A DNA stretch of 56,979 nucleotides from Candidatus Poseidoniaceae archaeon (GTDB lineage: Archaea > Thermoplasmatota > Poseidoniia > Poseidoniales > Poseidoniaceae): contig DAIUCF010000004.1 in the NCBI GenBank assembly GCA_036846305.1, positions 1 through 56,979 on the forward strand. The letters run 5' to 3'. Of the stretch, positions 25,786 to 34,534 are shown piece by piece (the stretch's first letter is position 1; the number at the start of each line of letters is the position of its first letter). Both the position numbers and the translations under genes were made by a program. The notes beneath the pieces are model-generated. The model had not been told where the DNA came from and ran no database searches. It saw only the letters and a program-made list of their open reading frames with translations.

Positions 25786-27588
25786 CTAGACACCGAAAAT
25801 CGAAGATGCTGCTTCAAGGACAAGTGAGGTGATGTACGAGGTAATGCCCGCTACCCACAGTAATTGAATCCCTTGCCCCATTGCAGTCGTACGAATTCCA
25901 CCGCGTAAACGGTTCGAAATTATTGAAACCGCCATAACTTGAAACAGAATCAGGATTGAAACAATTATTTTGAACATACGGATATTTTCAGGAACACCAG
26001 AGGCATCCTCCATAACTGGAAGGGCTAAACCTGCCCCAAATTCAGTGAGTACAGAAACATCGGTATCAGTGAAATTGGACGCAACACCTGCAATGGAGTC
26101 ACCAAGTTTCAGGACAATGGCGATGGTGACGTTAAGACTTGTTACCGAGGCGATTAACAGACCAAGTGCGACACCTCGCATAGTGTTGGCAGAAAGCGCT
26201 CTTCTTCTGCGAAGAGAAAGTAGATTTCCTACTGAACGAGATACCATTTCTGCCGTATCGGCAGGCCTTCCAGACGACTGTGAGCCCTCAATATAAATTC
26301 GGGTGTAGCGGGAAATAACTGCAGAATTCGTATCAGCATTGAAATAATCCCATGCCCGATCGGAGTCAATTCGCGTAGAAAGACGCCTCTCAAGTCGATC
26401 GATTGAGCGATCAAGCATTCCGAAATCAATTCCTCTCAATGCCTTGATTGTCGCTGATGGTTCAGCAGAACGAGCTTGCGCAGTACCACCTAGAGCACGA
26501 ATGAAATCTGGATATGTTTCGTCACGTCGAAGAACTTGGCGCTCTTCTCTTGCAATCATGATTGATGGAATAAGTAGTGGTGAGAGAGGAGCGGCAATGA
26601 AAATCAATCCGTATCGGTCCCATTGGTTCGTTACGGCATCCCATGCTGATGCCAGGAGAAGGAACATGATGACCACCAAAAAACCAGTCAAAAGGGTCGA
26701 TGCAACGAGAGCCCGTAAGAAATTTATTCGGAAGGGTGTATCCATCTCATCTCGAGCGAAAGTCGGGTCCTCAGGTATCGTGGCTCTAAAGGCGAATACT
26801 GCTCCTACTTGGATAATAGTGAACATTAACGATGCCAGAAGAATGAACCGTAATCGACTTGCAACCATGATTGGTGTATCTGATGCAGAGCCGACCTCAA
26901 ACAAAACCAAATGAATTCCTGCAATGACGAGTCCGAACAATCCGGCAGACACCAGAGAAACATAAATTTCCTTCATCGTATCTACCGATTCAAGCCGAGT
27001 GTCGTACAAAGTTGAATACTGCTCAGCGACGGTTTCTTGCTCCGAGCGCATAAATTCATCAATAGGTTGACCAGCTTCAATTGAGAAAGCCATTCTGTCA
27101 AGGAAATCAGCCCATAAGGGGCTCGGACTTTGTTGTGCAACAATTCGTGATGCTTCGGGCAGCGAAGTATGCCATTTGTCCACTAGCGTTTCAATACGCT
27201 TAACTTCGTTGGCCAACTCACCATAATCACTCATTTGCTTAAGAATATCGAAAATTGATTGCGCACCAACTTCACCTAGAGATAAAATACCCATTCTCGT
27301 GATGAACATGTGCATTTCTTTTTCGATCATTGTAGCGGAACGTTGAACATCCAGCAATGGGAAGCCAGCTGCTGCTGCACCTGAAAGGACGGGCAAAAGA
27401 ATAATCAAAAGTATTCCAGCCGCACCTGAAAAGAGTGCCCCATCTGCTAAACCTCCAGTAAAAAATATGAGTATAATGGCGAGAAGTAGACCTGCAATTG
27501 CCGAACCACCAACATAGAACAACAGAAATTGTCCAACCGGAATCTCTACCCTTCGCAATGCGATTTGCCAGAAAGACATTCGCTGCAT
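25786..27588 (-). CDS. arlJ: Archaellum membrane platform protein ArlJ (FlaJ)
   Basis: 600-aa polytopic membrane protein with two cytoplasmic T2SS-F-like domains, lying immediately downstream of arlI, which is the canonical position. Confidence 0.85.
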   Translation of the reverse strand: MQRMSFWQIALRRVEIPVGQFLLFYVGGSAIAGLLLAIILIFFTGGLADGALFSGAAGILLIILLPVLSGAAAAGFPLLDVQRSATMIEKEMHMFITRMGILSLGEVGAQSIFDILKQMSDYGELANEVKRIETLVDKWHTSLPEASRIVAQQSPSPLWADFLDRMAFSIEAGQPIDEFMRSEQETVAEQYSTLYDTRLESVDTMKEIYVSLVSAGLFGLVIAGIHLVLFEVGSASDTPIMVASRLRFILLASLMFTIIQVGAVFAFRATIPEDPTFARDEMDTPFRINFLRALVASTLLTGFLVVIMFLLLASAWDAVTNQWDRYGLIFIAAPLSPLLIPSIMIAREERQVLRRDETYPDFIRALGGTAQARSAEPSATIKALRGIDFGMLDRSIDRLERRLSTRIDSDRAWDYFNADTNSAVISRYTRIYIEGSQSSGRPADTAEMVSRSVGNLLSLRRRRALSANTMRGVALGLLIASVTSLNVTIAIVLKLGDSIAGVASNFTDTDVSVLTEFGAGLALPVMEDASGVPENIRMFKIIVSILILFQVMAVSIISNRLRGGIRTTAMGQGIQLLWVAGITSYITSLVLEAASSIFGV

Positions 27589-27599
27589 TGGGAATCACC

Positions 27600-29318
27600 T
27601 TATTCGTGGTTTACTCCAGTCCATGTATCAACCGCTTTGTCAAAGTGATCCCAACCGTTGTTGTAGTAAAGTCCCAACAAGTCAAACACGTCGTCATAAT
27701 GAGTCAAATCGCGCTCAACCATTCGGTCAAGGGCTTCCGACCTTCTCATCATTTCGTCATAAATATCACGCTTATTTGAAAATCCAGCCATTGCTGCTAT
27801 CTTATTTTCAAGCAAGTGACTTTGGAACATTCCACGGAAGTAGTGCTTGTCTTTTACCGGATCCCACTCAAACATACCACGGGTAAGAACACCGTCACTG
27901 TGTTTATTGTATCCGATGACTTCGTCAATTCCCGTGACCCTACGAGCAATACCGCCTCCAGGTGCCTCAACCACTTCTTGGAAGATGGCAAAGTTCAAGT
28001 TGTCGAAAAATCGAATCGGGACATTGATTGGGTCGCCAGTAAATCTTTGAATCATTTTCACAATAGATGATGCGTGGAAGGTAGCAATTACTGGGTGACC
28101 AGTCTGCATTGCTTGGAATGCTGTTGCCCCTTCAACACCACGAATCTCACCGATAATGATGTATCGTGGACGGCTACGTAACGCTGCTTTCAATAAGTCG
28201 AACATTTCAACACGAGATTCTTCATTTTTCGAAGAACGAGTAACAAGTCGTTGCCATATTTTGTGTCGGACTTTGACCTCAGGCGTATCTTCAGCCGAGT
28301 AAATTTTGACGTTGTGATCGATGAAAGGTAAAATCGCATTGAGTGTCGTGGTTTTACCAGATGCTGTTTCCCCTGACACCAGAACGGACATTCCGTATTC
28401 AAGACAAATCCAAATGTAGGCTGCAACTTGTGATGAAATTGTGCCCCAAGCGATTAATTGCGTAATAGAAATGGTCTCTTCCGCAAACTTACGAATGGTG
28501 AATGACGGTCCAAGCATTGAGACATCGTCTGAGAATATGATATTGATACGAGATCCGTCAAGCAGTGCACCATCAATAATTGGTTTGTTATCAGAAACCG
28601 GACGACCGATTCTTTCTGACATCGCTCTTAAGAAACGAGAGAGCATTTCTCTCTCTCTAAATCGAATGTTCGAAGTAACCATCCCGAATACTTTGTGATC
28701 CATGTGGACATGCTTCAATCCAATCGAGTGAATATCTTCCAGCATCTCATCAGAAAGCAGCGGTTCAAGAGGGCCGTTTCGGATAAGGTCGCGTACCACA
28801 ATATAGCGAAGGCGTTCCCGTTGAGGGGCGGTAACAATCAACCGCTTGTCGTCCATGCCCATCATTTCCCAAAGACGACCCTGCCGGCGAACTGAAGTCA
28901 CTGCCTCAGTATCCAAGAGAGTGTAACGTTCAATCATCTGGGCAAGAATATTTTCGAATTCATCATCGGTAGTGAACGAAGGAGCTGTTGGTGCTTCTTG
29001 TAGCAGAGTTTCAATCAAACTTCGACGAATGTTTTCCTCTTCTTCGGACAGTTGGGGTTCCAAACCAAACCAAAGGACTTGGCCTCCACCCTCCTCATCC
29101 GCAGGTGGTTCGTAAATATGAACGAAAATCGGTTCTTTAGTAATGTAAATCAGATTAAGTGGTCGTTCTTTTTTGGCTCCACGGTCCAACTCACCATAGT
29201 AAATCGGACGAGAGCCATGGCTAGCCTCGAAATCTCGAACCCATTCGGCAACATGCGGGTGGGCATTCATGACCGAGTTAAGGTCACCTTTTGCGAATCG
29301 GGGCTCATCATTTACCAT
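27600..29318 (-). CDS. arlI: Archaellum motor ATPase ArlI (FlaI)
   Basis: Type II/IV secretion ATPase core: Walker A VSGETASGKTTTLNA, ...IYSAEDTPE..., Walker B/Asp-box ...RPRYIIIGEIRGVEGATAFQAMQTGH... Start placed at ATG 29318 (MVNDEPRF...); the track start at 29357 would overlap arlH by 26 nt. Confidence 0.95.
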   Translation of the reverse strand: MVNDEPRFAKGDLNSVMNAHPHVAEWVRDFEASHGSRPIYYGELDRGAKKERPLNLIYITKEPIFVHIYEPPADEEGGGQVLWFGLEPQLSEEEENIRRSLIETLLQEAPTAPSFTTDDEFENILAQMIERYTLLDTEAVTSVRRQGRLWEMMGMDDKRLIVTAPQRERLRYIVVRDLIRNGPLEPLLSDEMLEDIHSIGLKHVHMDHKVFGMVTSNIRFREREMLSRFLRAMSERIGRPVSDNKPIIDGALLDGSRINIIFSDDVSMLGPSFTIRKFAEETISITQLIAWGTISSQVAAYIWICLEYGMSVLVSGETASGKTTTLNAILPFIDHNVKIYSAEDTPEVKVRHKIWQRLVTRSSKNEESRVEMFDLLKAALRSRPRYIIIGEIRGVEGATAFQAMQTGHPVIATFHASSIVKMIQRFTGDPINVPIRFFDNLNFAIFQEVVEAPGGGIARRVTGIDEVIGYNKHSDGVLTRGMFEWDPVKDKHYFRGMFQSHLLENKIAAMAGFSNKRDIYDEMMRRSEALDRMVERDLTHYDDVFDLLGLYYNNGWDHFDKAVDTWTGVNHE

Positions 29319-29331
29319 ACATTCAACTCCA

Positions 29332-30072
29332 TCAGCTAACCGCCGTAATATCCACAATGAAGCCCATACCGGGCTCTACACGCCATCCAATAGATGTTTG
29401 AATTGGGCCTGCTGCTCGTAGGAATCGAGTGATAACAATATTTCGTTTTATCTCGCCACCGATCATTGCAGTCTGTAAATCCAAAACGACTTCCGCAGAT
29501 GATCGCATCGTGTGCATCAATTTGTGATCCATCTCTTCGGGGTCCACACACAACATGAGTGAACGACCTGAGGAACAAATCTGGCGTAACTGTTGCATTA
29601 ACAGGAAGCGATTTTTGTCATCAAGGTCGTAAGGCATTATTGAACTTGCAGAATCGATAATAACGACATCTGCAAGTTCGATAGCCTCTGACTGAAGCAA
29701 TTCTTGCAGACCTACATCGGGAATAGATTCAGCGATGGTACCAAAGCGACTGAACACCAAGAGGCGTCCATCACGAATAGCTTCGGTCACACCGTATCCA
29801 ATCGATTCCATCTGTTCAACCCAGCCTCGAGTGGTGAGTTCAGTCGTAATGACCAACACTTTGACTCCGTTTTCACTTAGACCATATGCTAGTCTTTGAG
29901 AAATTAATGACTTTCCGCCTCCAACCGCACCCTGCAATACATACAGCGAACGATTCGGTAATCGAAGACCCATTGAATCTGCAAGAGAATCTGTCTCCAA
30001 CTCATACGGGAATCCGTCTTCCTTTGGCTTGTGTGCCGTTAGGAAAGGATCTTCTTTGACAAAATCATCCAT
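29332..30072 (-). CDS. arlH: Archaellum RecA/KaiC-like ATP-binding protein ArlH (FlaH)
   Basis: Walker A LQGAVGGGKSLISQRL, a KaiC/RecA-like fold pattern (...VLVITTELT..., ...VVIIDSASS...), and the position between the F/G-like genes and arlI. Confidence 0.85.
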   Translation of the reverse strand: MDDFVKEDPFLTAHKPKEDGFPYELETDSLADSMGLRLPNRSLYVLQGAVGGGKSLISQRLAYGLSENGVKVLVITTELTTRGWVEQMESIGYGVTEAIRDGRLLVFSRFGTIAESIPDVGLQELLQSEAIELADVVIIDSASSIMPYDLDDKNRFLLMQQLRQICSSGRSLMLCVDPEEMDHKLMHTMRSSAEVVLDLQTAMIGGEIKRNIVITRFLRAAGPIQTSIGWRVEPGMGFIVDITAVS

Positions 30073-30565
30073 TCAAACGCACCTCCAAACCGAAACTTGC
30101 GCCACCGGTCATGCCCGAAACAGATTCTGACATTGCAGTCAAAAATATGCTAATATCATCATTATCAGAATACGTATTGAAAGCGGTATCTGAGAGAACA
30201 ATACTGAGTAAGCCATCAGGATTCCAATCGGTACCTCCTCCTACGACTGTTGTCGTAACTCCTGAGGAGGGGATTATTGCACCGTCAATCAAAATCTCAA
30301 TTTGAGTTCTATCCATCGGATGTTCGCCAGTGTTAAGAGCATAAAGCGTAATCTCATCTGGTGTAGGTACACGGTCAATATTCACATTCATCGGATCACC
30401 AGCAAAGTCTATGGAAAGTTCCTCAGAAAGTTGTAAGCCTCGTTGTTGTTGTTGTACAACGCGTGAGGCTGACGACCACTCCTGAATCAGTACTGCACTG
30501 GCTGAACTAGAGATGAGCAATGCGCTAATGAGCATAATGTACGTCGAAACTCCACCGTCAGCCAT
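30065..30565 (-). CDS. ArlF/ArlG-family archaellum stator-like protein (ArlG by position)
   Basis: 166 aa. Archaellin-like hydrophobic N-terminus (VSTYIMLISALLISSSASAVL) followed by a beta-rich domain. It has an 8-nt overlap with arlH. The assignment rests on operon position only. Confidence 0.6.
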   Translation of the reverse strand: MADGGVSTYIMLISALLISSSASAVLIQEWSSASRVVQQQQRGLQLSEELSIDFAGDPMNVNIDRVPTPDEITLYALNTGEHPMDRTQIEILIDGAIIPSSGVTTTVVGGGTDWNPDGLLSIVLSDTAFNTYSDNDDISIFLTAMSESVSGMTGGASFGLEVRLNG

Positions 30566-30574
30566 ACAAAAACC

Positions 30575-31276
30575 TCACAAAGCAGTCCTAACTAATGTCG
30601 TTGGCCCAACGGTAAATGCTAGCCTTTCGTATTCTGTATTACTGGTGGGGTTGTCATTCCAAAGCAATTCTAGAGTCTCGCCAGAGTACCAGTTACTGCT
30701 TGAACTTACAACTGCTGATGATGCCGAAAGAGTTTCAGGATCATCTCCGTCATAGAACACCCAAATTTCATCTGTGGATATTGTATCCGAACCAGAATTG
30801 GTTAGATTTGAGTAGATGTACTGACGGAAAACAGGTGCATCAAAGGTTGCGGTCGATGTTGGTGTTTGAACAGAGCCAGCCAAGTTAAGTATGGTCCATG
30901 TCGGGGTATTTGAATTCGGACAGTCGCCGTGGTTGGTGATAACCACGTTTCCGATATCAATTTCCCCTCCAGTAGTAGTGAACTGGGCTAAGAACCCTCC
31001 ACACTCATCGGAGCCAACATTTGCTCGAACAAATCCATCAACATAACCTGTGCCTCCATTTCCAGCGGAAATACTGAGTTCATGTATTGCAAACTGAGAG
31101 ATTTTTACATCGTCGATAGTAAAACTTGGGTCGGGGACAGAAGCACTCTCTATTGCATCCAAACCGGTTGCAACTTGAGCATCAAATGCTGTGATGGCCA
31201 TTGAGAACACCACCAACATCGAAATCCCAATAATGAGACCTCCTATTCCGACCGAAGCGCCCATTTCAGAGTTCAC
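30575..31276 (-). CDS. ArlF/ArlG-family archaellum stator-like protein (ArlF by position)
   Basis: 233 aa. N-terminus GASVGIGGLIIGISMLVVFSMAITAF resembles the archaellin hydrophobic segment, followed by a beta-rich domain. The assignment rests on operon position only. Confidence 0.55.
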   Translation of the reverse strand: MNSEMGASVGIGGLIIGISMLVVFSMAITAFDAQVATGLDAIESASVPDPSFTIDDVKISQFAIHELSISAGNGGTGYVDGFVRANVGSDECGGFLAQFTTTGGEIDIGNVVITNHGDCPNSNTPTWTILNLAGSVQTPTSTATFDAPVFRQYIYSNLTNSGSDTISTDEIWVFYDGDDPETLSASSAVVSSSSNWYSGETLELLWNDNPTSNTEYERLAFTVGPTTLVRTAL

Positions 31277-32111
31277 CTCGAAGTGACTTTACGCTTCGCC
31301 AAGAACTTATCAGAGAGGAAAACACGAGAAGTTCCTTGTGTGAAAGGTGGTCCTCGAGAGCTGCCTCTGATTCGCCAGGAGCTGCAAGTTGAACAATGGC
31401 CAAAACCTCTCGACCTTCTTGTTCGTTCAACATCCCTGAAGCCATCGCCTTCTGAGTGAAACTGACAGCTGCCATACCCGACATACTGTCGAGTAAGAGG
31501 GCAGAAACTGTCGGCGCACCTACTTGATTCGCATTTGTTGTCGCACCTGAAGAAGGTGCATGCAAAAATGGATTCGCAGCAAGTGCTTGAGCTTCATACA
31601 GTTCAACCAATGGGGCTTCATCTACAGCTTTCAAACGTTCCGAGCCAGAAGCAGGGATAACTTCGCCACTTGCCGTGACAATCATATCTCCACTCTGAGT
31701 CGAATCATTGCCCAACAATTCAGAATCTACTGGGTTGCCTTCTGCGTCCGTCGATTGGTTCACTGCTGGTGAATCGAGTCGAACTTCGACCATCCGCAGT
31801 ACGTCCTCGACCATGTCGAGGCGACTGCTGATCAAACGCTCAAGCCCTGATGTGTCAACCGTAGTGTTCTGTGGAACAGCTGCGGCTGGAGCAAGAGTTG
31901 CTGCAACCGTTGGAACACTTCCAACACTGTTCATTCGAGCTCTGGTCGGACTTGGACTTATCGTCCAAGCATCATCTTCACTCAACTCGCCTTCCTCTGG
32001 TAGCGGAACTTGTTCAATGGCGATATTCGCCATAATTTTCAGTCGTTCCTCTGTAAGGTCTGCATCTGCGTCACGATTTTTATCTGCGTTACCGCTAAAT
32101 GGCCATGCCAT
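31266..32111 (-). CDS. Hypothetical acidic, Ala/Ser-rich soluble protein occupying the ArlC/D/E slot of the archaellum operon
   Basis: 281 aa with no TM. GGAGG lies 7 nt upstream of the ATG, and the ORF overlaps the next gene by 11 nt. I recognise no ArlC/D/E or ArlX signature. Confidence 0.5.
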   Translation of the reverse strand: MAWPFSGNADKNRDADADLTEERLKIMANIAIEQVPLPEEGELSEDDAWTISPSPTRARMNSVGSVPTVAATLAPAAAVPQNTTVDTSGLERLISSRLDMVEDVLRMVEVRLDSPAVNQSTDAEGNPVDSELLGNDSTQSGDMIVTASGEVIPASGSERLKAVDEAPLVELYEAQALAANPFLHAPSSGATTNANQVGAPTVSALLLDSMSGMAAVSFTQKAMASGMLNEQEGREVLAIVQLAAPGESEAALEDHLSHKELLVFSSLISSWRSVKSLRGEL

Positions 32112-32122
32112 GATAATACCTC

Positions 32123-32160
32123 CTAAGGGCAGTGCTGTCTTCCGACAACTGCGCCCTTAG
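32123..32160 (-). promoter_or_regulatory. Intercistronic stem-loop between archaellin genes and accessory genes (possible attenuator/terminator or mRNA-stability element)
   Basis: The minus-strand RNA is CUAAGGGC-GCA-GUUGUC-GGAA-GACAGC-ACU-GCCCUUAG. That gives an 8-bp outer stem, a 3x3 internal loop, a 6-bp inner stem and a GGAA tetraloop. It starts 6 nt after the arlB2 stop, and its 3' arm runs into the AGGAGG ribosome-binding site of the next gene. Confidence 0.4.
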
Positions 32161-32166
32161 ATGTAA

Positions 32167-32826
32167 TCAGATAACGGCAGAACCTGCAGTTGTAGAATCA
32201 ATCGATAGAGTCTCGTAAGTTGTACCGCCGTTTCCAACGTGAAGGTACAACTCAACTGTTGAGTCTCCACTGTCTGGACTGCAATCTTGAGTTCCAGTAA
32301 CAGCTCCTCCACCGTCAGCATCAATCCACAGAACGTATCCAGTGGAAGGTTGCATGATTCCGGTGTTTTCATCCAAAAGAGTTGGAGGTTCAGTGTTGGT
32401 ATCCATCAATGAAACCTCTCCGTCGTTGGTTAGAGCGCCACCTGCATCAGGGTCGCCAACGGTTCCTTCACGGACACCGTTGTCACAGAACAACTGGAAT
32501 GTGATCTGGTTCAATGGCGCAGGATCGCTACCAGGTGCCAGACGCACGAAGAATTGGTACGCTTCAGTTGCAGTAAATGCAGCTGGAGCACCGCCGTTAC
32601 CGCCTCCGGCAACGAATCCTTGCTGAATGAGAATCTTACCTGCCATGTTATCGGCGGTATCATCACCAGTCGTTTGGGCGTTCTGTTGCAATTTTTCAGC
32701 AGTCTGAATAATCACAGCAGCAGCAACCGCAGCAACCAAAATCAGTGCGATGAATACAATCATTGCACCAATACCAATTGCAGCGACTTTGTCGTGTTGA
32801 ATTTCGTTACGAGTGTTTGGCTTCAT
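32167..32826 (-). CDS. arlB: Archaellin (ArlB/FlaB), paralog 2
   Basis: Class III signal peptide and conserved hydrophobic N-terminus: MKPNTRNEIQHDKVAA/IGIGAMIVFIALILVAAVAAAVIIQTAEKLQQNAQTTG. It has a 4-nt ATGA overlap with paralog 1. Confidence 0.9.
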   Translation of the reverse strand: MKPNTRNEIQHDKVAAIGIGAMIVFIALILVAAVAAAVIIQTAEKLQQNAQTTGDDTADNMAGKILIQQGFVAGGGNGGAPAAFTATEAYQFFVRLAPGSDPAPLNQITFQLFCDNGVREGTVGDPDAGGALTNDGEVSLMDTNTEPPTLLDENTGIMQPSTGYVLWIDADGGGAVTGTQDCSPDSGDSTVELYLHVGNGGTTYETLSIDSTTAGSAVI

Positions 32827-33383
32827 ATGACTTTCGCCCCCGCTGAAACATCCGCACCGTAGTTCAAAACTTCGTAAGTGAAGCCACCTGCACCGGATTG
32901 AATTGCAAGTGTGTGGTCTTGGTTAGCAGTTGGAGCACATTGAGTCAAATCGCCAGCAGGAGCAGCGGTTAGAACGACATCGTATGTAGATCCAGGGCTA
33001 AGTGGGTTGACTGCTGCTTGAGCGCCAACGACTGTTGCTGTTGCAAAGTTGCCGTAATCAGCACCGCCAGCGCACACAATAGCCCAGTCGACATTCGCTG
33101 GGTTAATTGGGTCCGAACCTGGGGCCAATTCAAAGGTCAAGTACAATGCACCTGCAGATGGAATAATGACGTTCTTAATTACCACCTTAGATGATAACAA
33201 AGAGGTCGTTTCCTCACCCGTTGTCTGTGCATTCTGTTGCAACTTTTCTGCGGTTTGAATAATAACCGCTGCCGCAACCGCTGCAACAAGGATAAGGGCA
33301 ATGAAAACAATCATTGCACCTATACCAATTGCAGCGATATTATCGCTATTTTCTTTCTTATTTTCTTTCATTTTTTTCACCAT
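32823..33383 (-). CDS. arlB: Archaellin (ArlB/FlaB), paralog 1
   Basis: MVKKMKENKKENSDNIAA/IGIGAMIVFIALILVAAVAAAVIIQTAEKLQQNAQTTG. The 40-aa N-terminal core is identical to paralog 2, while the C-terminal globular part differs. Confidence 0.9.
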   Translation of the reverse strand: MVKKMKENKKENSDNIAAIGIGAMIVFIALILVAAVAAAVIIQTAEKLQQNAQTTGEETTSLLSSKVVIKNVIIPSAGALYLTFELAPGSDPINPANVDWAIVCAGGADYGNFATATVVGAQAAVNPLSPGSTYDVVLTAAPAGDLTQCAPTANQDHTLAIQSGAGGFTYEVLNYGADVSAGAKVI

Positions 33384-33427
33384 TTTTTCTTAGTAATCCC
33401 CCACTATGTGGGTGGAACGTGATTGAG

Positions 33428-34534
33428 TCAGGAAGCGCCTCCTGAACTCATAGTAATGCGAAGTGGCATTCGAATTATCGCCACTTCGTCTGGAGCAAGG
33501 CGTTCCACAAAGGGAACTGAGTCGGAGGTATATCCCGGAGGAAACCAAGGTGAGAGTAGGATATCAGAAAGTGGCTCCATTGAGCGGTTTTGTGCACGGA
33601 TAGTAACAAACACTTCGCCAGTACGGATTTCATAGCCAGTAGTAACTGCCAACTTTCGGGACAGTGGGATTTCGTCAGCCCCATATCGTCGATTCGCAGA
33701 GACATTAAAACGAACGGGGAGGTTCCCACCTGGAGCGATAGTAGGGAGGTCAACACATGATGGTGTCGATTCCCAACCTTCAGGTACTGGAGGAGAAAGG
33801 CGCATTGGTGGCATTGCTACAGGCCCATCATTGATGATACGTATGACAAGTACGCCCACGTCACCGCCTGCTGGCCATCGTGTTTCGAGCCCCATCCAAA
33901 AATGGCGGAACAAGAATGGGTTGAGGGTTGAAGTATTGCCTCCAATAAGGTCGTCAACTAAGAATTCTACTTCACCAGCAGCACCGCCAACATCACCAAT
34001 TTCAGCGGCGCCAGTCGCACTGCGTAATCGCAAGAGAATGGTTTCAATATCGCGTTCGCTAATTTTCTTTTGACTGAGAAGTCTATGTAGCATTGCAATG
34101 TTTCTCCTCAAATATAGAACATCTTCTTCTAAATCAAGGAGGGATGTTTCTGCTTTGGAAACACTTGAAAGGGCCTTACCAAGCTTGTGACTCTGAAGGT
34201 AATCTTTGGCAACTCCGATTTCAAGTTCAGTTCCTGCTAATGAATTGGTATCGTCCAGAGAAATTCCAAGAACCATCGACTCCAGTTCTCTTGGCAAAGC
34301 TGCAGATGCAGCCTCTTCCTGTACCTGGCCAAGCGATTCCGAGGCATCTGGAGCAGCCTCGTCGATGTCCGAAGATGCATTCTCTGATTCCTGAGCCGGT
34401 GAACCTGAACCATTGCCGTCCGACTCAACACTCGAAACCGAAGGGGCTTCAACAGGGCTTTCATCCTCAAACTGAGGCATTTCATCAAGTGTCTTTACTT
34501 CGGAGGCAGGATCAATGAACTCGTCATCAGACAT
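33428..34534 (-). CDS. Hypothetical protein: acidic disordered N-terminus, helical middle, C-terminal beta-sandwich-like domain
   Basis: Start placed at ATG 34534 (MSDDEFIDP...). It overlaps the stop of the upstream giant gene as ATGTCTGA and has GGAGGTG 7 nt upstream. C-terminal signature ...VLVIRIINDGPVAMPPMRLSPPVPEGWES...APGGNLPVRFNV... There is no signal peptide or TM. Confidence 0.55.
   Translation of the reverse strand: MSDDEFIDPASEVKTLDEMPQFEDESPVEAPSVSSVESDGNGSGSPAQESENASSDIDEAAPDASESLGQVQEEAASAALPRELESMVLGISLDDTNSLAGTELEIGVAKDYLQSHKLGKALSSVSKAETSLLDLEEDVLYLRRNIAMLHRLLSQKKISERDIETILLRLRSATGAAEIGDVGGAAGEVEFLVDDLIGGNTSTLNPFLFRHFWMGLETRWPAGGDVGVLVIRIINDGPVAMPPMRLSPPVPEGWESTPSCVDLPTIAPGGNLPVRFNVSANRRYGADEIPLSRKLAVTTGYEIRTGEVFVTIRAQNRSMEPLSDILLSPWFPPGYTSDSVPFVERLAPDEVAIIRMPLRITMSSGGAS

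Noticed and set aside
26444-26914. 156-aa ORF antisense to arlJ; also 25970..26296 (+) and 27272..27598 (-)
   Set aside because: These are Arg/Ser-rich antisense or alternative-frame products inside a well-supported polytopic membrane gene.
31708-32160. 150-aa Ser-rich ORF on the plus strand opposite the 281-aa ArlCDE-slot gene
   Set aside because: The minus-strand ORF has an AGGAGG RBS, overlaps the next operon gene and fits the operon. The plus-strand ORF would run head-on into the archaellin genes across the hairpin. Because both are low complexity, the minus-strand call is given only moderate confidence.
33398-33415. Short palindrome CCCAC-TAT-GTGGG in the 44-nt spacer upstream of arlB1
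   Set aside because: It has only 5 bp of pairing with a 3-nt loop, which is too weak to call a terminator or operator by eye. It is mentioned only as context for the lack of an obvious promoter there.
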